A stretch of DNA of 64,000 nt, from positions 2,438 to 66,437 of the forward strand of contig JAQURL010000002.1 in the NCBI GenBank assembly GCA_028715625.1. The letters run 5' to 3'. Below the pieces are notes generated by a model. It was given only the letters and a program-made list of their open reading frames with translations. It did no database searches and was not told the DNA's origin. The position numbers and the translations under genes were made by a program. Numbering within the stretch: position 1 is the first letter of the stretch; every line of letters starts with the position of its first letter. This document shows positions 9,680 through 21,520 of this stretch, in pieces. Source of the stretch: Candidatus Margulisiibacteriota bacterium (GTDB lineage: Bacteria > Margulisbacteria > Riflemargulisbacteria > GWF2-35-9).

Positions 9680-10527
9680 AATATCCTTCGTTTCTTATAA
9701 ACTCTTTTAGAAAAAAACTTTTCAATATGCAAAAGTTGCCATATCCTATAAATACAGTTTGTGAGGAAGCCAAATGCCCCAATCGCGGGGAATGTTTTTC
9801 CAAAAAAACCGTAACTTTTCTTCTCCTGGGCAAAACCTGCACCCGTAATTGTTTGTTTTGCGGCATAGATAAGGGCACTCCTGATACTCTGCAGGAAAAC
9901 GAACCAGACAAAATACTGGCCGCAATAAAACATTTTGCGCTTAGATATGTAGTATTAACTTCTGTTACTCGTGATGATCTAAAAGACGGCGGCTCAGGTG
10001 AATTTGTAAATGTCATGCAAAAAATCAACGACTATAATCCGGACATAAAAATTGAGGTGCTTGTACCTGATTTCCAGGGAAATTGGGAGGCAATAAATAA
10101 GGTCTGCGAATTAAAACCTTTTGTATTTAATCATAACCTGGAACTTGTTCCGAATATTTTCAAAACCTACAGGCCACTGGGAAATTTTGATCTTTCTCTG
10201 GATATTTTAAAATACGTAAAAAAAAATTACCAGCATCTGCATGTTAAGACCGGGATCATGGTTGGGTTAGGTGAAACCAAAGAAGAGGTCGTACAATTAA
10301 TAAAGTTATTAGGTTCTTTGGGAATCGATATTCTAACAATTGGGCAATATCTGCAGCCATCAAAAAAATGCGCTGAGGTAAAGCGTTTTGTGCTGCCTGA
10401 AGAATTCCTGGAATACGAAAAAAGCGGGGAAAGTTGGGGCATTAAGGTAATTGCAGGGCCGCTGGTTAGAAGTTCGTATATGGCAGAAGCAGTCTTATAT
10501 GATAAAATAACTAATAAGCATGAGTAA
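9676..10527 (+). CDS. lipA: lipoyl synthase
   Basis: Contains [12 protein letters not shown] and the radical-SAM CTRNCLFC cluster motifs. The TTG start at 9676 overlaps the lpd stop. An alternative ATG lies at 9727. Confidence 0.9.
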   Translation: MKYPSFLINSFRKKLFNMQKLPYPINTVCEEAKCPNRGECFSKKTVTFLLLGKTCTRNCLFCGIDKGTPDTLQENEPDKILAAIKHFALRYVVLTSVTRDDLKDGGSGEFVNVMQKINDYNPDIKIEVLVPDFQGNWEAINKVCELKPFVFNHNLELVPNIFKTYRPLGNFDLSLDILKYVKKNYQHLHVKTGIMVGLGETKEEVVQLIKLLGSLGIDILTIGQYLQPSKKCAEVKRFVLPEEFLEYEKSGESWGIKVIAGPLVRSSYMAEAVLYDKITNKHE

Positions 10528-11587
10528 ACATCCTGTTTTAGATAGTAACAGTGAAGATCCTGTTTTGGAAACATCTTTACGCCCCAAATCCTTCAAACAA
10601 TACATCGGTCAGGAAAAAGTAAAACAGAATTTGGAGATCCTGATTAAAGCCGCCAAAGAACGTTCGGAAACACTTGATCATATTTTATTCTATGGCGCTC
10701 CGGGACTGGGAAAAACAACCCTGGCCAATATTATCGCCTACGAAATGAATGTTAATATAAAGACAACTTCCGGGCCGGCCATTGAACGTCCGGGGGATCT
10801 AGCTGCCATCCTCACCAATCTGCAGGAAAATGATATTCTGTTTATCGATGAAATCCACAGATTAAGCAGAGGTGTGGAAGAAGTTTTATATCCTTCCATG
10901 GAAGATTATAAGCTGGATATAATTATAGGAAAGGGCCCCTCGGCGCGCTCCATTCGTCTGGACATACCCAGGTTTACACTGATCGGCGCAACTACAAGGG
11001 CAGGCATGCTCTCTTCACCATTACGTGATCGTTTCGGCTTTGTAGCAAAACTGAATTTTTATACACATGACGAACTTTTGGAAATCTTGATGCACTCCGC
11101 GGCCACGCTCAATCTTAATCTGGATAAAAAAGCCGGTTTGGAGCTAGCTAAAAGAAGCCGTGGCACACCCCGGATAACTCTTCGATTGCTGAAACGGGTC
11201 CGTGATTGGGCTCAGGTTAAAAAACTTGCTCATATCGGTTTTGATATTGTGCATGAAACACTTGCCGCTTTGGGCATAGATAATCTGGGTCTTGATGAAA
11301 CCGATCGCAAACTGTTATCAACAATTATTATAACTTTTAATGGCGGTCCGGTTGGGCTGGATACTCTTTCAGCTTCCATTGCCGAAGACCCCAATACTAT
11401 TGAAGACGTTTTTGAACCATTCCTTTTACAATTAGGGTTGATTGAAAGAACCCCCCGCGGCCGAACAGCAACAATTCATGCGTATAAACACTTAAACATC
11501 AAGCCGCCAGCAAACTATAAAAAAGTTATACAACCTATGCTCTTTAATAATAATATAGATTCGGAAATTGTTCAGGAAAATATCTGA
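10520..11587 (+). CDS. ruvB: Holliday junction branch migration helicase RuvB
   Basis: 355 aa with [16 protein letters not shown], Walker [20 protein letters not shown], and [15 protein letters not shown]. Confidence 0.95.
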   Translation: MSKHPVLDSNSEDPVLETSLRPKSFKQYIGQEKVKQNLEILIKAAKERSETLDHILFYGAPGLGKTTLANIIAYEMNVNIKTTSGPAIERPGDLAAILTNLQENDILFIDEIHRLSRGVEEVLYPSMEDYKLDIIIGKGPSARSIRLDIPRFTLIGATTRAGMLSSPLRDRFGFVAKLNFYTHDELLEILMHSAATLNLNLDKKAGLELAKRSRGTPRITLRLLKRVRDWAQVKKLAHIGFDIVHETLAALGIDNLGLDETDRKLLSTIIITFNGGPVGLDTLSASIAEDPNTIEDVFEPFLLQLGLIERTPRGRTATIHAYKHLNIKPPANYKKVIQPMLFNNNIDSEIVQENI

Positions 11588-11603
11588 GGAAAGGGGCAAT
11601 ATA

Positions 11604-12185
11604 ATGCGACAGGCAAGAGAGGAACGCAAGACCAAAGAAACCAGCATCAAAATAACCTGGAAACTTGATGGAACCGGAAAACATCAAATAAAGACCTCCA
11701 TTCCCTTTATGGACCACATGCTGGAGCTTTTTTCCAGACACGGATATTTTGATCTGAAAGTTGATGCTTACGGGGACACAGATATCGATGCGCATCATAC
11801 AGTTGAGGACCTGGGAATTGTTCTGGGTTCTGTATTTAAAAACGCGCTGGGTGATAAAAAAAGTATAAATCGTTATGGCTTTCAGGTTCTACCAATGGAT
11901 GAATCACTGGCGCTAATCAGCCTCGATATCAGCAACAGGCCATATTTGGACTTTAATGTTAAGTTTAAAAGTTCCCTGCAAAATTTTGATAAAGCTCTGG
12001 TTAAAGAATTTTTTTCCGCATTTGTTAATCATGCGGGAATAACGCTACACATCAGAATGTTAAGCGGAGACAATACTCATCATATGATAGAGGCCATTTT
12101 TAAAGCTTTCGCCAAAGCCCTAAGATCAGCAATTGAAGTAAACACCAGAGAAAAAGGAATTCCATCAACCAAGGGTGTGATTTAG
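11604..12185 (+). CDS. hisB: imidazoleglycerol-phosphate dehydratase
   Basis: RKTKETSIKI..., DAHHTVEDLGI and HHMIEAIFKAFA motifs. I chose the ATG at 11604 because it follows the GAGGAAAGGGG SD. The ORF-track start at 11568 adds 12 unlikely residues. Confidence 0.9.
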   Translation: MRQAREERKTKETSIKITWKLDGTGKHQIKTSIPFMDHMLELFSRHGYFDLKVDAYGDTDIDAHHTVEDLGIVLGSVFKNALGDKKSINRYGFQVLPMDESLALISLDISNRPYLDFNVKFKSSLQNFDKALVKEFFSAFVNHAGITLHIRMLSGDNTHHMIEAIFKAFAKALRSAIEVNTREKGIPSTKGVI

Positions 12186-12246
12186 TGCTTGTTTTTTAAA
12201 ATATAACATTTTATGATAATAGCCAGTTAAATAGTGTTAACAAATA

Positions 12247-12765
12247 ATGAAAAAAATTAATAACAACATTGATACATTAGTAAAAAAAATCGCTGATGAA
12301 ATAATACAAAGTAAAACCGATTTAAGCTTCATCCTGCTTGTTGGTATCTTAACCAGGGGTTATCCGATAGCACAACGTATCGCAGACCTCATCAAAAAAG
12401 AAAAAAAAGTCAATGTTCCCGTGGGCAAGCTGGATATAACGCTTTATCGGGATGACCTGGAAATCAAAAAAAATATGCATAATCTCAAAGAAACACTTAT
12501 TCCTGTGAATATAGAAAACAAAACCGTAATTCTGGTTGATGATGTTCTGTATCATGGCCGAACAGTCCGGGCAGCGATTGAGCACCTGCTGGATTACGGC
12601 AGACCCAAGAGGATACAGCTGGCCGTGCTTATTGACAGGGGCCATAGGGAACTGCCGGTATGCGCGGATTATATAGGACTCACAATACAAACAGAAATTG
12701 GTGATACCGTTCAGGTTAAATTAGTGGAAACCGATGGAACAGACAAGATTGAAAAAAATGAGTAA
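12247..12765 (+). CDS. pyrR: bifunctional pyrimidine regulator / uracil phosphoribosyltransferase PyrR
   Basis: 172 aa with the PRTase motif VILVDDVLYHGRTVRAAIE and PyrR-like length and N-terminus. Confidence 0.85.
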   Translation: MKKINNNIDTLVKKIADEIIQSKTDLSFILLVGILTRGYPIAQRIADLIKKEKKVNVPVGKLDITLYRDDLEIKKNMHNLKETLIPVNIENKTVILVDDVLYHGRTVRAAIEHLLDYGRPKRIQLAVLIDRGHRELPVCADYIGLTIQTEIGDTVQVKLVETDGTDKIEKNE

Positions 12766-14617
12766 AAAACCTAAAAAAGATAAAGAACAAAAAAAAGACG
12801 AAAAAAGCCCATTAGAGCTGCAAAAAACTTTTAATTTCAGAAACTTTTTTTTGATATTGATTATTTTTCTCTTCATTCTTTCCTTGTTTTCACCAATGAA
12901 GGGTAAGGGAAAAACATATAACGAAATGTTGTTTTCCGATCTGATTACCGCAATTGATTCCAAACAGGTAACCAGGATCACAATAAACAATGTTGATTCT
13001 TCAGCCACCGGACAGCTTGCCGACGGCTCTTACTTTCATTCCAATATTATGAGTTACCCCGGACTTATTGAAAAACTTCAGGCGGCAAATGTTAAAGTCG
13101 GTATTAAGCATGAAGATAACAGTGCCTTGATAAATATTTTAATTCAAATTGTACCTTTCCTTCTTATTATAGGAATTTGGTTCTTCATTTTCAGGCAGGC
13201 ACAGGGCGTGAACAATCAGGCTCTTTCCTTTGGCAAAAGCAGAGCCCGGCCCTGGAAAAAAGACGATCATAAAAGATATACCTTCAAGGATATCGGTGGC
13301 ATAAGCGAGGCTGTTACTGAACTGGAAGAAATTGTTGAATTTTTAAAGCATCCTGACAAGTTTATCAAAATCGGAGCGAAGATTCCCAGAGGAGTATTGC
13401 TTATGGGCCCACCGGGAACAGGAAAAACCTTGCTGGCCAAAGCAATAGCCGGCGAAGCGGATGTAGCGTTCTTTAGTTTAAGTGCTTCAGAATTCGTGGA
13501 AATGTTTGTAGGTGTTGGCGCCAGCCGTGTTAGAGACTTGTTTCAACAAGCTAAAAAAAATCAGCCCTCTATAGTTTTTATTGATGAAATAGATGCTGTG
13601 GGGCGTCATAGAGGCGCAGGCCTAGGCGGAGGTCATGATGAAAGGGAACAAACCCTTAACCAGTTGCTGGTTGAGCTGGATGGTTTTGATGAGAAGTCTT
13701 CTGTTATTGTTATAGCGGCAACAAACAGGCCCGATATTCTGGATAAGGCTTTGCTCAGACCTGGTCGTTTTGATCGTCAGATTGTTATTGATAAGCCTGA
13801 TATCAACGGTCGTCTGGAAATCCTGAATATCCACCGCGGTAATAAAAAAATTTCCAAAGATGTAGATATGGCTGTTGTTGCTAAAAGAACTGCAGGCTTT
13901 TCAGGAGCCGATCTGGCCAATCTGGTCAATGAAGCTGCACTACTTTCTGCACGTCGCAATAAAAAAATTATCGGGCTGGACGAATTGGAAGAAGCCATAG
14001 ACAGAACTATTGCCGGGCCGGAAAAAAAGAGCAAGGTTATGTCAGAGAAGGAAAAAGAAATTGTAGCATTTCATGAATTAGGCCATGCGATTGTAGCCAA
14101 GACCCTGAAAGATACTGATCCGGTACATAAAATCTCAATTCTTCCCAGAGGGCTTGCGTTGGGCTACACTCTGCAATTGCCGGAAAGAGATAAATATCTG
14201 ATTTCCAAGTATGAACTGTTCAATGAAATTACTATTCTTATGGGTGGCCGTAGCGCTGAAGAAACGTTTTTTGGAGAAATAACCACCGGAGCAACGAATG
14301 ATATAAAAAGAGCCACACAAATTGCGCATCAAATTGTTTGTGAATATGGCATGAGCCCACTTGGTAACAGGACCTATGGTAAGAACCAGGAAAATGTTTT
14401 TCTTGGGCGTGATTTAAATGACCACACCAAGGATTACAGTGAAGAAACAGCGGAAAAAATTGATGAAGAAATATCAAAAATCATAGACGGTTGTTTTCTG
14501 GAAGCAATTAAGATTATCAAAGATAATAAGACAAAACTCAAACAAATAGAAAAGATACTTTTGGAAAAAGAAGTTTTAGAAGGCGCAGAATTCGAAAAAT
14601 TGCTCGCAAATTCATAA
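12734..14617 (+). CDS. ftsH: ATP-dependent zinc metalloprotease FtsH
   Basis: Two TMs, AAA+ Walker [14 protein letters not shown], the SRH region and the zinc motif HELGHA. The start is ambiguous (12734 or 12758) and overlaps the pyrR 3' end. Confidence 0.95.
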   Translation: MEQTRLKKMSKKPKKDKEQKKDEKSPLELQKTFNFRNFFLILIIFLFILSLFSPMKGKGKTYNEMLFSDLITAIDSKQVTRITINNVDSSATGQLADGSYFHSNIMSYPGLIEKLQAANVKVGIKHEDNSALINILIQIVPFLLIIGIWFFIFRQAQGVNNQALSFGKSRARPWKKDDHKRYTFKDIGGISEAVTELEEIVEFLKHPDKFIKIGAKIPRGVLLMGPPGTGKTLLAKAIAGEADVAFFSLSASEFVEMFVGVGASRVRDLFQQAKKNQPSIVFIDEIDAVGRHRGAGLGGGHDEREQTLNQLLVELDGFDEKSSVIVIAATNRPDILDKALLRPGRFDRQIVIDKPDINGRLEILNIHRGNKKISKDVDMAVVAKRTAGFSGADLANLVNEAALLSARRNKKIIGLDELEEAIDRTIAGPEKKSKVMSEKEKEIVAFHELGHAIVAKTLKDTDPVHKISILPRGLALGYTLQLPERDKYLISKYELFNEITILMGGRSAEETFFGEITTGATNDIKRATQIAHQIVCEYGMSPLGNRTYGKNQENVFLGRDLNDHTKDYSEETAEKIDEEISKIIDGCFLEAIKIIKDNKTKLKQIEKILLEKEVLEGAEFEKLLANS

Positions 14618-14727
14618 TTAAATAACCCACCAAAACCCCCGTTATTATTAGCTTTAAATGAAAAATGTTTAAAACAATTTTTTTCAGGGAATACTGTAAA
14701 TAACTTAGAACGGTATGGGGGGAAACA

Positions 14728-15954
14728 ATGTTGCGACGTGCTGCCTTATTAATAATAATCATAACCTTCACTCAAATATCTTTGAGTTTATATGGAGGTC
14801 AACCCGGAGCTTTTTTAAGTTTCGGTGCCAGTGCAAGAAGCATTGGAATGGGCAGGGCTTTTGTTGCCTTAGCTGATGATTCATCGGCAGCCTATTTCAA
14901 TCCGGCAGGTATGGTACAAATTCCAACTATCGAAGGATCATTTTTTCAGTCCAATTTATATAACGAGTATCAATTAACAGCTTTTAATCTGGTTTACCCA
15001 ATGGTTGATAATTATATCGGCGTAAATTTTACTCAGTTAGCTTCCAATCCAATGGAGCTCCGGGATGAATATAACATCAGTCAGGGATCATTTACCGACA
15101 CCAAGTCTTCTATCGGTCTTTCTTATGGTCAACCTTTATTTCTACCAAACTTATCCGTTGGTTTAGGTGTTAAATATGTGACCCGCACGCTTTACACCAA
15201 CACTGATTCCAGAATACTTGGCGACATCAGCGCCCTATACAGACCTTTTGCCTTTCTTTCCATAGGCGCTACCATACAAAATGTATTGGATTTCCAGCTG
15301 GATAAAAATTCAGCGGATAAATTTAAACCTTTAATTCGCGGTGGTATCGCTTACAAAGATAAAAATTTTTCTATAGCATATGACCTTGAGAATGATTTTA
15401 ATACCTGGTTTGTCGGAGCGGAATTAAAGCTACACCCGCTGCTAACAATCAGAGGTGGCATCAACTACGAATCAACAAATTTCGGTTTCAGCAGTGAACT
15501 TTATGGCGTTCGTTTTGATTATGCTTATTCCAATGATGACCTCGGGGCAAATAACCGTTTTTCAATTAATCTGGGCATCGGTCAAATGATTAATGACTTC
15601 CAAAAAAATGTTGCTTCAGATTGGCATAATTCCGCTGTCGAAAAATACAGAGAAGGTTTCTTCCTTATTGCCCTGGAAGATATGAAAAAAGCCTATATTC
15701 TTAATCCACACGATGAAGAAGTAATAAAGAAATTGTCAAAATTAAAAAAACTGGAACAACTTAGCGAAAAACTAAACCTTAATATTGAAACAGAAAGAGC
15801 AATATGGCCCAAGTATGTACAGATTAAACAAAACATTAAAGATGGTCAAACAGATAAGGCTGCTCAGGATATTAAAGAACTGTTAAGAAAATACCCTGAC
15901 AATTCCAATCTGTTACATCTGCTGGATTTAATAAATAATCCTGGGAAAGAATAA
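14728..15954 (+). CDS. PorV/PorQ-family-like outer-membrane barrel fused to a C-terminal helical (TPR-like) extension
   Basis: 408 aa. GGGGGGA SD 5 nt upstream and a signal-like N-terminus. Motif GASARSIGMGRAFVALADDSSAAYFNPAGM is the same signature as ORF 2020..3189. A beta-rich ~290 aa is followed by ~110 aa of helical K/E-rich sequence (AVEKYREGFFLIALEDMKKAYILNPHDEE...). Confidence 0.5.
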   Translation: MLRRAALLIIIITFTQISLSLYGGQPGAFLSFGASARSIGMGRAFVALADDSSAAYFNPAGMVQIPTIEGSFFQSNLYNEYQLTAFNLVYPMVDNYIGVNFTQLASNPMELRDEYNISQGSFTDTKSSIGLSYGQPLFLPNLSVGLGVKYVTRTLYTNTDSRILGDISALYRPFAFLSIGATIQNVLDFQLDKNSADKFKPLIRGGIAYKDKNFSIAYDLENDFNTWFVGAELKLHPLLTIRGGINYESTNFGFSSELYGVRFDYAYSNDDLGANNRFSINLGIGQMINDFQKNVASDWHNSAVEKYREGFFLIALEDMKKAYILNPHDEEVIKKLSKLKKLEQLSEKLNLNIETERAIWPKYVQIKQNIKDGQTDKAAQDIKELLRKYPDNSNLLHLLDLINNPGKE

Positions 15955-15972
15955 ACTATGCTAAGCGAGGGG

Positions 15973-16545
15973 ATGAAAATGAAAAAATGGTCTGTTTTAA
16001 TAATTTCAATGTTTATGGTTTCGCTGGCATTCAGCGCTACAATTGTTAATGAAAGCCAGGATATTCAAGTCCTGCAGGAGCAAAAGATGGTTATGGAATC
16101 TTTAAAAAAATTTATTGATGACAAACCGGAAGCTGCTGATGAAATGGAATATGTAATCCAGCAAAAAGATGAAGCGGCCAGGCAGAAAATGAATTCCATG
16201 CTGGAAAAAATGGCAGCGGATGATAAGACAACCAAAAATGAGGACGAGCTTTCTGGCGGGTCCATTGACTATATATCCAGAAAATTAAATCTGGCACTGG
16301 TTTATTTTTATGAGGCAAAATACTGGCTAACAATCGGTGAATGTAATAACGTTATCAAGGTTGATCCCAAGAATACGCTGGCATGGATCAGGCGAGGTTC
16401 GGGTTATTACATGATAGGCAATTATGATCAGGCCAAAAAAGACTGGCAAATTGCTATGAACTTAAATCCCAAGAAAAAAGATAAGGTGGATTTGCAAAAT
16501 TTTCTGGCGAAAATTGAAGTGTTATCTAAAGAAGAGCAAAACTAA
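15973..16545 (+). CDS. secreted TPR-repeat protein
   Basis: Signal peptide MKKWSVLIISMFMVSLAFSA with no lipobox Cys. C-terminal TPR units (VIKVDPKNTLAWIRRGSGYYMIGNYDQAKKDWQIAMNLNPKKKD). The start is ambiguous among 15958, 15973 and 15979. Confidence 0.6.
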   Translation: MKMKKWSVLIISMFMVSLAFSATIVNESQDIQVLQEQKMVMESLKKFIDDKPEAADEMEYVIQQKDEAARQKMNSMLEKMAADDKTTKNEDELSGGSIDYISRKLNLALVYFYEAKYWLTIGECNNVIKVDPKNTLAWIRRGSGYYMIGNYDQAKKDWQIAMNLNPKKKDKVDLQNFLAKIEVLSKEEQN

Positions 16546-17813
16546 ACACTACGGTATAAATATTCTAAAAGGCTCTTTTCGGGTAACAATAATTTCTGAT
16601 TTCTTCTCTGGTATACTTTTTCTACGGCATCTAAAAATTTATTGAAGTCATATTCAGTTAATTCACCCTTGCTGCTCCAGCTAAAAGCAGGTATCCATTT
16701 AGGCAGGGGCTTCCCCTCTGTAATCAGGTTACATCCTATTCCGATAACAGTACCTGCATTCAGTAATGAGCCTATACCAATTTTAACATGGTCCCCGATA
16801 ATGCTTCCCAGAAATTGCATGTTGGTGTCTTCGTAGTCGTTTGGGCCTTTTGCCAGCTTTATTTTGCTGTAATTGTTTTTCAGGTCTGATGTTGTAGCCA
16901 TCGCACCGATATTTACCCACTCGCCTATATAGGAGTGTCCTACAAATCCTGCGTGATATTTGTTGCTATTCCCTAAAAAAATGCTGTTTTCTATTTCTCC
17001 GCCAATTCTGCAACCTTCTCCTATGGTTGTATTTTTTCTTATATAGCCGGGATAAATAGTTGCGCTATCATCTATAAACGCAGGCCCGTCAATAACAACA
17101 TTGGACTTGATCACGACGTTTTCCCCGATATAGATTGGCCCGGCCGTTGCATCCAGATGAACAAAAGGATCGATATGAGTACCTTTACCTATATATATCT
17201 GTTCTTCTTTTGTTGTGGCTACAAAATTGTTAAGATCAGACAGGATCAGCCCGCCTTTATTCAGCATCTTGAAATCATTAAGTAAAACTTTTCCGTTCTG
17301 TTCAATCAATGACTGAATGTTTTCAAAAAAAATCACATCGCTCAGGTTAACTATTTTACAATTAGGATTTTTTCTGAAAAATTTGATAATATTTTGCTCA
17401 TTAAATTGATCTTCTTTAGCGGCCATCATAAATTCGGACAACAAGTTGCCAGAGACAAAAAGCATGACAACTTTATGGTTGCTAACCATCAGAAAGTTTT
17501 TATCTTCCATGTTTAAAGCTTCCTCAACAATAGCCTGGGTAATTACTGCTCGTCCATTAATTACCAGAGCTTTGAGGCCGTTATTAGAGGTATTTACAAA
17601 ATATTTCGGATATCGCTGTGCAACAGCTGGTTTAAGATAGTCTCTGGTTAGCAGTGTATACTTGGCCTTGGGGAAAAAAAAGTTTATCCTCTCTAGGTTG
17701 GTAAAAATTCCTGCTTTCAATTCAAATACACTTCGCAAATAAACTAGAGGAAAAAACTGTTGTACAAGATTGTCTTCGTAAACAACAATATTCTCAAACA
17801 TATGAGCCATCAT
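16542..17813 (-). CDS. putative sugar nucleotidyltransferase with a left-handed beta-helix (GlmU-like)
   Basis: 423 aa. N-terminal nucleotidyltransferase-like region, then C-terminal hexapeptide repeats (IGENVVIKSNVVIDGPAFIDDSATIYPG..., IGEGCRIGGEIENS, IGDHVKIGIGSLLNAGTVIGIGCNL). Confidence 0.6.
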   Translation of the reverse strand: MMAHMFENIVVYEDNLVQQFFPLVYLRSVFELKAGIFTNLERINFFFPKAKYTLLTRDYLKPAVAQRYPKYFVNTSNNGLKALVINGRAVITQAIVEEALNMEDKNFLMVSNHKVVMLFVSGNLLSEFMMAAKEDQFNEQNIIKFFRKNPNCKIVNLSDVIFFENIQSLIEQNGKVLLNDFKMLNKGGLILSDLNNFVATTKEEQIYIGKGTHIDPFVHLDATAGPIYIGENVVIKSNVVIDGPAFIDDSATIYPGYIRKNTTIGEGCRIGGEIENSIFLGNSNKYHAGFVGHSYIGEWVNIGAMATTSDLKNNYSKIKLAKGPNDYEDTNMQFLGSIIGDHVKIGIGSLLNAGTVIGIGCNLITEGKPLPKWIPAFSWSSKGELTEYDFNKFLDAVEKVYQRRNQKLLLPEKSLLEYLYRSV

Positions 17814-17840
17814 ACCACTTTCATTTTTTTTATAAAACCC

Positions 17841-18557
17841 CTAGAGAAAAAACCACCTTAAAACGCTCAGCATGCTGATTGCAGCTGTTTCTGCTCTTAA
17901 TATTGTTTGGCCGAAAGAAACCAGGGGGATTCCTTCCTTTTTCAAGCCTTCCAGTTCTTCCGGGGCAAATCCTCCTTCAGGTCCGATAATAACCGCCAGC
18001 GAAGAGATGTCTTTATTGAGATGGGTTAAATGCTCCTTCAGGTTTAAACTTCCCTGGGTTTCGGCCAGACAAAATATCTGAGGATATTGCTTCTTTAACA
18101 TACTCAAATTCTTCAAATCCAGCGGATTTCCCAATTCCGGCAAATAAAAACGTCTGGATTGTACTGCTGCTTCCCGCATAATAGTTTCCCATCTCTTCAA
18201 ATTTACTTCTTCTGCTTTGGGCACAATATATTTGGTTTTCAAAGGAATTATCCAATCAACACCAAGTTCTGTGGCTTTCTGTAAAACCAGCTCCATCCCT
18301 GCTCTCTTGATAATTGCCTGAATAAGGGTGATCGCCGGTTTATTTTTCGGCTGTTTGGTAACTTTTTTTAGAACTTTTGCTACCAGCGTTTTTTTGCTCA
18401 TCTCAACAATTTCCGCTTCTGCGAAAAAATCATCACTTAACGAAACCAAAATAAGCTTGTCTCCAACAATTTTTCGCAATGATCTGGTTATATGAAAATA
18501 ATCATCACCGGTTATGCTTAGTTTTTCCTGATTTAGGTTGGGCACAAATATATGCAT
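17841..18557 (-). CDS. rsmE: 16S rRNA (uracil1498-N3)-methyltransferase RsmE
   Basis: 238 aa. PUA-like N-terminus and the C-terminal SPOUT motif IIGPEGGFAPEE...LGQTILRAETAAI. Confidence 0.85.
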   Translation of the reverse strand: MHIFVPNLNQEKLSITGDDYFHITRSLRKIVGDKLILVSLSDDFFAEAEIVEMSKKTLVAKVLKKVTKQPKNKPAITLIQAIIKRAGMELVLQKATELGVDWIIPLKTKYIVPKAEEVNLKRWETIMREAAVQSRRFYLPELGNPLDLKNLSMLKKQYPQIFCLAETQGSLNLKEHLTHLNKDISSLAVIIGPEGGFAPEELEGLKKEGIPLVSFGQTILRAETAAISMLSVLRWFFL

Positions 18558-18610
18558 GGCATCAGTTTATAAACATTACCAATCCTTGTCAAATCGGAAC
18601 TATTTAATAA

Positions 18611-19686
<1,076 letters not shown>

Positions 19687-19712
19687 TATAAACTTTTTGT
19701 TTGATACGCTTC

Positions 19713-19746
19713 AAGGCCCTCAATAATGAGGGCCTTTTATTTTTTG
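19713..19746 (+). terminator. rho-independent terminator after gap
   Basis: Perfect 10-bp stem AAGGCCCTCA / TGAGGGCCTT with a 4-nt loop ATAA, followed by TTATTTTTT. Confidence 0.7.
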
Positions 19747-19811
19747 TTATTCTAAATTTTATTCATCTGTCTTATAATACCCTCAAATATTTCGTTTTGA
19801 GGAGGACGTAC

Positions 19812-21098
19812 ATGGCAAAAAGCTATATGAATAAAAAGTCTATTAAAGACCTTCCCACGTCAGATATCACGGGAAAACGCATTCTTGTTCGTGTTGACTT
19901 TAATGTTCCCATGAAAGACGGTGTAATTCAAGATGACACCCGCATAAAGGCTGCCTTGCCCACATTGAATTATATACTGGATCAGAAGCCGAAAACACTG
20001 GTACTTATGTCCCATTTGGGAGACCCTAAAAAAGATATGCAAAAAGCCAAAGAAAAAGCAGAACAGGCCGGCAAACCTTTTGATGAAGAAAAATATCTGA
20101 ACGCAAAACATCGTATGGCGCCTATCGCCGCTCATTTGAGCAAACTTCTCAACCGCCCGGTGCAACTGGCTCCGGCAGCTATTGGCGCTGCGACCAAAGC
20201 AATGGTTGATAAATTACAGTCCGGTGATGTTTTGATGCTGGAAAATACCCGTTTTCATAAAGAAGAAACTTCCAAGGTAGAGTCTGAACGTGAAAGCATG
20301 GCTAAAGAACTGGCAAGCTATGCCGATTTATTTGTTAATGATGCCTTCGGCACAGCGCATCGTGCTCACGCTTCCACGGAAACTGTCGCACATTACTTGC
20401 CGGCCGTAGCCGGACTGCTGATGGAAAAAGAAATGATATATTTGGGGAAAGTTCTGGAAAACCCCGATCGCCCTTTTATAGCTATAATCGGTGGAGCTAA
20501 GGTCTCTTCCAAAATTGCCGTTTTGGAAAACCTGCTACAAAAAGTAGATCGTCTGATTGTGGGTGGCGGTATGGCTTATACTTTTTTAAAAGCAAAAGGT
20601 TTGTCTGTAGGCACCTCTCTGGTTGAAGATGATATGCTTGATAAAGCCAGGGAAATACTGCAAATAGCTTATGAAAAACAAATTTATATTTATCTGCCGA
20701 TTGACCATATCGTGACACAGGAGTTCAGTGCTGACGCTGAGTTTCGCCATGTAGCTCGAGGTAATATCGAAGATGGCTGGATGGGCATGGATATTGGTCC
20801 TCTGACCATACAAAAATTTGAAGGCGCCTTAAAAGGTGCAAAAACTGTTTTCTGGAATGGCCCTCTCGGAGTTTTTGAGTTTGAAAATTTTTCCAAAGGA
20901 ACAATGGCTATTGCCAAGGCTATCGCCGATCTGCCCGACTGTACAACTATTATCGGTGGAGGAGATAGCGTTTCAGCCGTTAACAAATCCGGTGTTGCTG
21001 ATAAAATGACTCATATCTCCACAGGCGGCGGCGCTTCTTTGGAATTAATCGAAGGGAAGGTACTGCCAGGTATAGCTGCTTTACAGGATAAAGCCTGA
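19812..21098 (+). CDS. pgk: phosphoglycerate kinase
   Basis: RVDFNVP, FGTAHRAHAST and IIGGGDS motifs. The ATG at 19812 follows the GAGGAGGA SD. The ORF-track N-terminal extension from 19701 spans the gap terminator and was rejected. Confidence 0.95.
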   Translation: MAKSYMNKKSIKDLPTSDITGKRILVRVDFNVPMKDGVIQDDTRIKAALPTLNYILDQKPKTLVLMSHLGDPKKDMQKAKEKAEQAGKPFDEEKYLNAKHRMAPIAAHLSKLLNRPVQLAPAAIGAATKAMVDKLQSGDVLMLENTRFHKEETSKVESERESMAKELASYADLFVNDAFGTAHRAHASTETVAHYLPAVAGLLMEKEMIYLGKVLENPDRPFIAIIGGAKVSSKIAVLENLLQKVDRLIVGGGMAYTFLKAKGLSVGTSLVEDDMLDKAREILQIAYEKQIYIYLPIDHIVTQEFSADAEFRHVARGNIEDGWMGMDIGPLTIQKFEGALKGAKTVFWNGPLGVFEFENFSKGTMAIAKAIADLPDCTTIIGGGDSVSAVNKSGVADKMTHISTGGGASLELIEGKVLPGIAALQDKA

Positions 21099-21106
21099 AA
21101 TCTTCT

Positions 21107-21520
21107 ATGAAAATTCTTTTTCTGTTACTTTTGGCGCTTGATCAACTGATCAAGCGCTTGTTTCTGTTCCACCAACACTTTAATTACCAAAATCTGGTTT
21201 TGGTAAAAAACTCTGGTATTGCTTTCGGTTTATTTCAAAATAGTACGTTTTTTATTATTCTTTTGAATCTGATCATTATCCAGTTTATTATCTTTTTTCG
21301 TAAAGCACTTTTTTATGACTCTACCCTAAAAAAACTGGCATTTGTCTTTATTCTCGCAGGTGGTTTTGGGAATCTTATAGACAGATGTCTGCTGGGGTTT
21401 GTTGTTGATTTTATTGCTATCTTAAACTTTCCTGTTTTTAATATTGCCGATGTTTATATAAACATCGGTATTGTGCTGCTATTTATAAGCTATTTACGAA
21501 ATGCAAAAAAAGGAGTTTAA
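21107..21520 (+). CDS. lspA: lipoprotein signal peptidase (signal peptidase II)
   Basis: 137 aa, four TMs, with NSGIAFG and FNIADVYINIG motifs. Confidence 0.85.
   Translation: MKILFLLLLALDQLIKRLFLFHQHFNYQNLVLVKNSGIAFGLFQNSTFFIILLNLIIIQFIIFFRKALFYDSTLKKLAFVFILAGGFGNLIDRCLLGFVVDFIAILNFPVFNIADVYINIGIVLLFISYLRNAKKGV

Noticed and set aside
9486-10028. 180-aa and 100-aa ORFs antisense to lpd/lipA. Similar long antisense ORFs occur at 41314..41802, 54468..54893, 55194..55598, 12349..12690 and 20690..20986.
   Set aside because: All lie entirely inside well-supported genes on the opposite strand. They have low-complexity, Ser/Phe/Ile-rich translations typical of shadow frames in AT-rich DNA, and they lack SD sequences and recognisable motifs.
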